From the NCBI GenBank assembly GCA_039028615.1, contig JBCCHT010000002.1, positions 32,001-96,000 of the forward strand: 64,000 bases of DNA, given 5' to 3'. This DNA is from Myxococcota bacterium. Lineage in GTDB: Bacteria; Myxococcota_A; Polyangia; Nannocystales; Nannocystaceae. Position 1 is the stretch's first letter, and each line of letters begins with the position of its first letter. This document shows, in pieces, positions 31,197 to 42,000 of the stretch. Position numbers and translations under genes: made by a program. The notes beneath the pieces are model-generated. The model saw only the letters and a list, made by a program, of their open reading frames with translations, was not told the DNA's origin and made no database searches.

Positions 31197-32110
31197 GCTT
31201 GAAGGACATACGCTCCGAATGCTCCGATGTCGCCGGGCTGCTCCAGCCCTACGTCGACGCCGAGTTGACCCCCGACGAGCAAGTCGTCGTGGCCACCCAC
31301 CTCGAAGACTGTTCGGGCTGCCGCGCTGCGGTGTCGGAGCAGGCCTGGGTCCGGGCGACCCTCCAGGGCGTCGAGCGAGAAACTGCGCCACAAGCGCTCC
31401 GCGCCAAGGTCCTGCTGGCCCTCGACGAAGTCGACCAAGAGCAGGCAGCCGAGGCCGCGGCCAGTGCACCCCCGGGGTTGGGTACCCGCATGTGGGCGCG
31501 GCTGCGAGACCTCGGCCGCGGAGGCCTCATCATGGTCCCGGCCGGCGCGGTCGCAGTGGCCCTGTTCTTCATGGCTCAGGAGGGCCTGGTCACCCCCGAG
31601 ACCCCCGACGTCGCCACGGCTCCGGGCTACGGATTGGGCTCTGCCATCCTTCCCGGTGCGGAAGCCAGCGTTCCGCATGCCGACCAAGGCCTCAACCGCG
31701 CGATCGCCGAGCTCGAGCCTCAGGTGGGCTTCCTTCCGCAGGTCGCCACCGGAAGCAAAGCCGCCGACGATCCTCAGCTCGTCGGGGCGAGCCTCGATGA
31801 GCGCGGAACCGAAGCCCCCGCGGCCCGGCTCCGGTACCAGCTTTCCGGGGGGCAGCACGTCGTCGACCGCCAGCTTCCCGCGCAGGCCTTCTCCCCGCGG
31901 GGTGCCACCTACGACGTCTCTGGACGCTCGTACCACCTGCATTTCGACGACGCGGGCCAGCCCGTGCTGTCGTTCAAGGTCGGAAGCGTCGGGCACATGC
32001 TGGTCCTCGAAGGCGCGGTCGTGCGGCCCGAAGACCGCGATGCCGTCGGCCCGAAGCGACCCCACTACGATGTGCTGCTCAAGTTTGCAGCCCGCCTCGG
32101 CAACCACTGA
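31193..32110 (+). CDS. Zinc-binding (zf-HC2/ZAS) transmembrane anti-sigma factor
   Basis: HLEDCSGC motif, one TM segment, ATGA-coupled to the sigma gene. Confidence 0.88.
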   Translation: MSLKDIRSECSDVAGLLQPYVDAELTPDEQVVVATHLEDCSGCRAAVSEQAWVRATLQGVERETAPQALRAKVLLALDEVDQEQAAEAAASAPPGLGTRMWARLRDLGRGGLIMVPAGAVAVALFFMAQEGLVTPETPDVATAPGYGLGSAILPGAEASVPHADQGLNRAIAELEPQVGFLPQVATGSKAADDPQLVGASLDERGTEAPAARLRYQLSGGQHVVDRQLPAQAFSPRGATYDVSGRSYHLHFDDAGQPVLSFKVGSVGHMLVLEGAVVRPEDRDAVGPKRPHYDVLLKFAARLGNH

Positions 32111-32191
32111 CGGCCCACGGGGTGAACCCGGCGTTGTCGGACTGCCGTTCGACCCCGGACGACCAGACCCGGGACTCCCCCGACCCAGACC

Positions 32192-32228
32192 CAAAGGAAG
32201 CCGGCCCCACGTGGCCGGCTTCCTTTTT
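32192..32228 (+). terminator. Intrinsic terminator
   Basis: aaaggaagccggcc-ccacgt-ggccggcttccttttt. Confidence 0.8.
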
Positions 32229-32284
32229 CAATGGGTGCCCCCAGGGGCTGGTCTCGGCCGGGTCGAGACGATAGTCTCCGGTCC

Positions 32285-34041
32285 GTGTTTTCCGCGCTGA
32301 TCATCGATGCCGACGAAGCTGCCAACGCAAGCATTCGAGGCGCGTTGACCCCCTACGGGTTCGAGTTCACCGCAACACAGGATGCCTCGGAGGCGATGAG
32401 TCTGGCCAAGACCGCGACTCCAGACATCATCTTCTTGCGGGTCGAGCTTCCCAACGTCTCCGGCTTTTCGGTGTGCAACAAGCTGCGGCGCAACGACGAG
32501 ACCAAGTACATCCCGCTGGTGATGTACGCCTCGGACGTCTCCGCCGACGTCTTCGATCAACATCGCAACCTCAAGACCCACGCCGACGACTACCTCAAGC
32601 TTCCGCTGGGTGACCAAGACCTGGTCGCCTCGGTCAGCGGCATCATGGAGCTGCCCGCGCCGGGCGTCGTCCAGACCGGCGCGCCCGAGGTCGAGATCGA
32701 CGCGGGCGAGAGCCTCGAGGTCGAAATCATCGACGATGTCGTCGACCCCGGCGACAGCGTCGGCCTCGAGATGTCCGAGTTCGAGGACGAATTCGCCGAG
32801 ATGGAGGACGCCTCCTCGCAGTCGCAGCCGGAAGGTCAGTCCGAGGACATCGCCGAAGAGATGGACGCGGCGTTCGACGGCCTGCTCGACGGGCCGACCC
32901 AAGCCGCGCCCGAACCCGAGCCCGAGCCCGTCGTCGAAGCGGCACCCGAGCCCGAGCCCGAGCCGGCACCGCCGCCGATCACCCAGGCCGCGCCCGAGCC
33001 AGAGCCCGAGCCCGTCGTCGAGGCAGCGCCCGAGCCCGAGCCCGAGCCGGAACCCTCGGCCAGCAGCTCCAGCAGCGAGTTCAAGGCGCAGCGCGAGGTC
33101 ATCTCGCTCAAGAGCCAGCTCAACGCCAAGAAGCGCGAGATCCTCGCGCTGAAAGACGAGCTCGAAGGCCACGAGCGCGGGGTCCTCGACGCCAAGCACA
33201 AAAACCGCGAGCTCCAGACCCAGCTGAGCGAGCTCGAGGAGAAGCTGCTCGGCGCCGAAGAGCAGGTCATCACCGCGCACGAGCAAGCCGAAGCGGCCAA
33301 CCGTGACAAGAACACGGTGCTCAAGCGCGAAGAGGGCCTCAAGCTGCGGCTCGAAGGTACCCAGAAGAAGGTCAAAGACCTCGAGACGGCCGGCGACGAG
33401 CTGCGCGAGCAGCTGAGCGAAGCGCAGGAGAGCGCACAAAAGAAGATCGCCGGGCTGCATCGCGAGCTGGAAGCGGCCGAGGGCGAGCTCGCGGCCGCGC
33501 GCCAAGACGCCGAGGACACCAGCAAGCAGGTCGACGAGATCACCTCGCAGGTCGAGGCCGCCATGGCGACCAACACCGAGCTGACCGAGTCGCTGAACCA
33601 AGAAAAAGAGCGCGCCACCGGGCTCGAAGAGCGCATCAGCGGCCTCGAAGGCGAGCTGAACACGGCGGGCGAGACCCTGGTCGAGGCCAAGCGCCAGGCC
33701 GAGCAGGACATCGAGGAAGCCAAGGCGGCCGCGGCCACCGAAAAAGAGGAAGCCCTGGCCGCGCAGGCCAAGGAGCACCAGGCCGAGCTCGAGTTCGAAG
33801 AGACCCAGCACCGCTCCAAGCACGACAAGATCCGCGAGGAACTCGACGCGGCGAAAGCCGAGCACGCCGAGACCAAGCTCGCCGCCGAAGGCGTCGAGTC
33901 CTCGCTGCGTGACGAGCTGCAGCGCACGCGCACCGAGCTCGAGCAGGCTCAGGCCGAGCTCGACTCGCGCAAGAGCAACGAGCACCGGGCCCAGCAGGCC
34001 CTCGCCGTCGCCCTTCGGGTGCTCGACGGGCAACCCACCCC

Positions 34042-34045
<4 letters not shown>
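32285..34045 (+). CDS. frzS: FrzS-like pseudo-receiver + coiled-coil protein
   Basis: Receiver lacking the phospho-Asp (IIFLRVELP); [14 protein letters not shown] resembles the FrzS receiver; long coiled coil; follows the ECF/anti-sigma pair. Confidence 0.75.
32897..33049 (+). repeat. Intragenic duplication (2 x 69 nt, 84-nt period) encoding [23 protein letters not shown]
   Basis: Copies at 32897-32965 and 32981-33049 encode the same peptide with synonymous differences. Confidence 0.85.
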
Positions 34046-35955
<1,910 letters not shown>

Positions 35956-36015
35956 GAGCGTAGCTCATATCTAACCACCGGGAGGCGGGACGTCGTAAGC
36001 TCGGGGAGGCTGCCC

Positions 36016-39000
36016 ATGGACTCGCCCCCGCCCTTCTCTGCGCTGCCTCTCGACGAGCAGCTCCGGCAGCTCGAGGCCGCGCTCGAACGAGGCGAGGACC
36101 CGCGGCAGCTGCTCCGCACCTGCGCGGGGGTTCGCGACCATGCGCCGCTGGCCTGGCTCGCCCGACGACTGCTCGAGCGCGACTGGCTACGCGGGGAAGA
36201 CGAGCGAGCGTGGACGGCCGGCTTCCTGCTCGAGCAACCGGAGACCGCGGTCGACCGCGTGCTCAAAGCCTGGGTCGGCGACGGCAGCTTCACCAAGCGC
36301 CGCGGCGACCCGCTGCAAGACACGCTGCTCGCCGTGTTGCAGCAGGTGGGCGTCGACCGGGTCTCGGTGATGTGCCTGGTCGACCGCGCCCTCAAGCACA
36401 ACTTCAGCGAAGCCCGCGACGCTCACGTCGAAGCGCTCACCGCCCGCTGTGCCGAGGCGCTCGCCGCCGGCCGGGTGGACGACGTCGGGATCGACCAGCT
36501 CGCCCAGGTGTCTTCGCCCGGCATCGCGACCTTGCGAGCCCGCGCCGCCGAGCATGGCCCGCAGACGGCCGAGGCCCTCCACGAGACGCTGAAGCAGCTG
36601 GCGCGGCGGACCCTCGAGGTGTTGGGGCAGGCCCCCAAGGCAGTGTCGCAAGCCAACGCCGAGGAGCTGCTGTCCAAGCGCGTCTACACCGACCCCGGGC
36701 ACTTCTTGGTCGAGCTGCTGCAGAACGCCGAAGACGCGGGTGCACGCACGTTTCGGCTGCGCTTCGGACCGCGACGCATCGAGGTCTGGCACGACGGCAA
36801 GCCCTTCGACACGCGCGACGTCGTGGGCGTGACCTCGATCGGCCAGACCACCAAGCGCAAGCAACAGATCGGGTTCTTCGGCGTCGGCTTCAAGTCGATC
36901 TACGAGATCACCGATCGGCCCCAGATCTACTCGGACGTCTACTGCTTCGAGATCGCCGACGTCTCGATTCCCAAGTCGCTCGCGGGCCGACCGAGCACGG
37001 TGTCGCCGGACGGCACCGTCTTGGTGCTGCCGCTGCGCGCCCCCGACGACCCCGAGCGCTCGCCCGAGCAGCTGTTCGGCAAGGCGCGCGACCTCGATGC
37101 GATCGTGCTGTTCACGCTGCGACGGATCGACGTCATCGATCTGGAGCTCGAAGCCGCCGACGGCACCATCACCAAGCACTCCGTGCACGAGCTGGCCCCC
37201 GACGAGCGCGGGGTGTCACGGATCCGCCAGCAGCCGCAGGGATGGGTCCGTGGCTACGCGGTGCACGACGCCGAGCACGTCTACCGCGGCGGGCTACGAG
37301 CCCCGGGCCGGGCCGATCGAACCCGGGTGATGGTGGGCGTTCGCGTCGACGAGGAGGGGGTGCCGCGAGCCCTCGAGCCCGACACGCCGACCGTCTACAG
37401 CTACCTGCCCACCGAGGAGCACTCGGGCCTGCGCTTCTTCGTGCAAGGGCACTTCGATGTCCCCGTCGACCGCGAGCGGGTCACGCAGGACTCGCGCTGG
37501 AACGAGTGGATCCTGAGTATGGTGCCGCAGGGGCTCGCGTCGCTGGCGGAGCAGCTCACCGCCGATCTGCCCGTCGAGACCCGGGCTCGCGTGGCGGAAG
37601 GCTTCCTGGGTGTCCTGCCCCTGATGAGCGAGCTCGGCTCGCCGATCTTCCGCCGCATCGTGCTGGGATTGAGGGCCGCGTTCGCGTCGATGGCCATCGT
37701 GCCCTGCGAAGACGGCTCCCTGCAGCCCGCCGCCTCCATCCTTCATACGGAAGAAGAGCTCGCCGCGCTCTACGAGGGTGAGCCGGTGCGGCTCGACGGC
37801 ACCGTGCGCTACCTGGCGCTGCGGCAGCTGCCACCGCGGGCGATCGAAGTGGCCAGCATGCTCGGGGCGAGTCGGCTACGGGTGGGCGACCTGGTGGATG
37901 AACTCGATCGCTGCCTGTCCGAGTGCTCCGATGGTTCGCGCAGCGAGGACTCGGCCGCGCCCATCTTCCTGCGCGAGCCGACGTCCGCTCGGCTCGCGGC
38001 GTGCTACGAAGTGCTCGATGGCGCGGTCATGCGTCGTACCGGGGCCGGCCCGCGGCGACTCGCCGACCTGAGCACCATGCGACGGCTTCGAGCGCTGCCC
38101 CTCGTGCTCTCGGAACGCGAGGCCCTGTATCGACCCGGGTCGGCCATCGTGCGCGCCGACCCGGCGCTCCGGGAGATCTACGAGGGGCTGCGGGCGTTCG
38201 TCCATCCCGACCACGACGCCGCCGTCGACCCCGAAGACCCAGCTCGCGCCACGACCACCGCGTTCCTCGAGCGCCTCGGCGTGCACTGCCTGTCGGTCCG
38301 CGACCTCGTCGACGAGCTCCACTCGCAGCTCGGGTCGCGTACCGAGCCCATCGCCGACCTCGCACAGACCCGCTTCCCTGGCACGCCGCAGAGGCTCGCC
38401 GCCGCCATCGCCCTGCTCGCCGAGGCCTCGACCCCGCTCCAACGCCGCGCCGCTCGGCTGCCGATCTTTGCCGCGCGGGACGGCCGGTACTACCCCGCCG
38501 CGCGCAGCCCCAGCGATCGAAACGGCGTCCTGCTCTACGAGCCGGGCGGCATCGGGACGGCGCTGCTCGAGTACTACGGCCACGAGCGTCCGGTCTGTGC
38601 TCCCGACGAAGACGACCCCGCGCTGAGCCTGCTGCAGAGCGCTCGAACCCCGGCGTTGTCCCTCGTTTCGTTGGTGGCCGACCTCCGTGACCGCGCCCCT
38701 TCGCTGGACGACGATGCCCTCGAGCGGCTGCATGCTCTGCTCGAAACCCTGCAGGACGAAGTCCCCGACCGCACCCGCCGCGAGCTGGCCAAGCTGCCGA
38801 TCTGGCCCGACACCCACGGTGTCCGGCGACCGCTCATCGGAGACGATGCGGTGCGGATCCCAGCTTCGCCTGCGATCGCAGCCCTGCTGCCCGCCCTGCC
38901 CCTGTTGCACCCTCGCGTGCTCGCCCGGACCCACGCCCGCGAGATGGGTGGGGACGTCGTCGGCATCGAGGCCTTGTTGGACGCGCTCGCCCCCGAGGCC

Positions 39001-42000
39001 GAGGCTCCCCTGCGCATCGAGCCGACGCCCGCCTCCGTCACCGCGGTGCTCGAGATCCTGCGAGAGGACAAGGACTCCATCTCGCCGCGCATGCGGGCGC
39101 GACTGGTCGAGGTCCCCGCCTTTCTGGACGATACGAACACGCCGTGCCGACTCGATCAGCTCGCGCTGGCCGAAGACGCATCGCTACGCCAGGTCTACGC
39201 CCACTGGCCCGCCCGGCGCTTCGTCGACCCCGAGTCCCTCAGCCGCACCGCCATCACCGAGCTGGATCTCGACGGCCGCCTCACCCGCGCCAAGACCGAG
39301 ACGCTGGTCGACGACCTCGCGGGCGTCTCGGCGCAGCTCGCCGGTCGCGTGGTGCACGGCGATTCCACGGACGAGCCTCTGCCCTTCGTTCACGACGGTG
39401 AGCACCTGCGCTCGGTCTTGCAGTACTGCGCCGCGCGGGCGACTGCGCTGCCGCGTGCCGCCCTGTTGCGCCTGTGCCAAGTCGCGATCATCCCCGATAC
39501 CCAGGGTGCGCTCGGGCTGCTCGGCGATGCGCGGCGCCCCGACACCGGGTCCGAAGTCTACGCCTGCGCCCCTTCGCTTCGACCGACCTTCTCGCTGATG
39601 GGCAGCCGAATCCTGGCGCCGTGGGCCGACGAGATACTCGGCCCGCTGCTCGAGGCGGCGGGTCGCGAGGCGCTCGACATCGTGGCTCTGGTCGCTCGAT
39701 TGAAGGCGCTGCCGCCCGTAGCCCCGAGCGAAGAGCGAGCGCCCGCCCAGACGCCCGAGGCGCTCGCGATCATCCACCAAGCACTGGTCGAAGGGGCCTC
39801 CGTCCTCGCCCATCATCACCCGCCCGAGCCACGCCCCGGCCTCGCCCCCAGCAGCCGAGTCTTGGGCGCACTCGCGATCTGGCCGACCCGCGCGGGTGGG
39901 GTGACCACGGCCGAGCACGTCGTCGACGACGATGCCCTGCAGACCCTGCTGCCCACCACTGGCCCAGCCCGACAGCGGCTGAAGGCGGCCACGCTCGACC
40001 CCGAGGCGACGGTCCGACTACGCGCGCTGGCTCCGTTGGTGGTGCCGACGTCCGCGTCGCACTTCGTGGCCGAGCTCGTCGAAGCCATGGCGCGACCCGG
40101 CCTGCCGCTGCATGAGCAGGACCCGATGCTCTCCGACCCGCTCCGGTTGGCGCAGCTGTATGCGTTCATCGGCCCCGACGCGCCGGTTCACCCCGCGGTG
40201 GACTCGACCGGTCGCCTGCGGCTGCACCCGCTGGTCCGAGCCCTGCCCGACACCGTCGCGCTGGCCGAGGGCACCGACCTGGCCGAGCGCCTGCTGCACC
40301 CGGCCATGGCCACGGCCCTGCCCGAAGACCTGCCCTTCGACTCCTTGCGCCCCGATGAGCTGGTCGGAGCCCTCATCGGCGATCACCTCGATCCGGGGCC
40401 CATGCAGGAGCACCCGCGGCTGACCGATGCCAAGCGACGGCAGCGCTTCTACGCCTGGCTGGTCGACCACGAGTCGGCCGTGTTCACCGATCCCGACGCC
40501 CGCGTTCGACTGCGCTCGCAGCCCTTGTTTCCCACCGACCGCGGCACCTTGCGCTCGGCCGATCAACTCGTGGTCGACCCCGATCTGCCGCAGCTCGACG
40601 TCGACTGGACGCCGCATCCCGAGCTCCCGGCCCAGACGCTGAGCCTGCTCGTGCGCCACCTGGGGATCGGTCGGCCTCCCGTCGAGGATCTGGTCGCCGA
40701 TCACCTCGCCCCCGCCTACCGCACCGCGGCCGCGCGCGGCGATGGCCCGGGCGCGGCGCGGCTGCTCGAGTACCTCGCCCGCTCCACCTCCAGCGTCCCC
40801 GGGTCGTTGATCCAAGCCTTGATCTCGATCGAAGGCCCCGCGCTGGTCGAGGGCTCCCATGGTCACTTCGTGGATGCGACCGGCCTGCTGCTCCCGCCCA
40901 CCGAGCTGGTGACCGCCGTCGAGTCGGTGTTCGGGACCAACCATCCGCCGCCGCATCCCCGCCTCACCGAGGCCACCCATGGGCTGCTGCGTACCCTCGG
41001 TGTGCCTTCCGTGCCCCCGCATGCGTGGGTCGCCGAAGCGATGCGCGCGGGCGTGGCCTCGGTCGCCGCCGCGTCGGGCCTGGCCCTGCTGGTCGCCTAC
41101 CTGCACCGCGACGATCCCGAGGGCACGCTCGAGCAGCTCCCGCTCACCGAGGTCCCGTGGCTGCTCGACGGCAACGGCATCACCCGACGACCGAGCGCGC
41201 TGTTTCACTGGACCGCCGAAGTGCAGGCCCTGGTCGGCGAAGACCCGAGCCTCTACCCCGCGCCACAGATAAGCCGCATCGTCGGTGAAGCCCTCATGGC
41301 GCGCCTGGGGCTACGTAACGTCTCCGACGTCCGCCTGCCCGAGGTCGTCGCCCACATCGACGCCAGCCGTAAACGCAGCGCCCCCGTGCCCTTCCGGGTG
41401 TACCAGTGGCTCGAGCGCGGCCTGGTCGAGGGCTGGCTCGACGGCGCTCAGCTGCGCGCGAGCTTGAGCGACCGCGCCTGGATCTGCAGCGACGACGGCG
41501 AGTACCACCCGCATGCCCGGGTGCTCGGCGTTCGGGCCCTCGAGCAGTTCGGCCAACGGCGCGGCTACTGGGAGCGCGGCCGCCAGCAGTGCCCCGCCCT
41601 GTGCCGCATCTTCGCCATCGCCACTCAGGTCGACTCCACTGCTCTCCTGGCCTTCTTGGAGGAAGTGGCTCACGACGCTCGGCTGAAGGGCGACGCTTCG
41701 CTGCTCGCGGACGAGCCCGCGCTGCCCCGCATGCTCCTGCGAGCCTACGCCGCGCTCGGAGCCGACGAGGAAGCGCAGGCGGGTGGCCTCGTGCTGTGCC
41801 GTCAGTGTGGCGGGGAAGACTCGGGCGCCCTCGCGCTTCGGCCCTTCGAAGACCCCCTGGTCCTGCGTAGCGACGCGCCCGCGCTCGAGGCGATGTTCTC
41901 CGCCGCGGGTACCTTCTTCGTCGCCGCTCCTGGTTCTCTGGAGGACCGCGCGGCCATCGACAGCTACTACCAACGCGGCGGCCTGGCCCGCTTGCGCGAG

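Noticed and set aside
32111..32191. Possible small RNA between anti-sigma and terminator
   Set aside because: No recognisable family or convincing structure; probably 3' UTR
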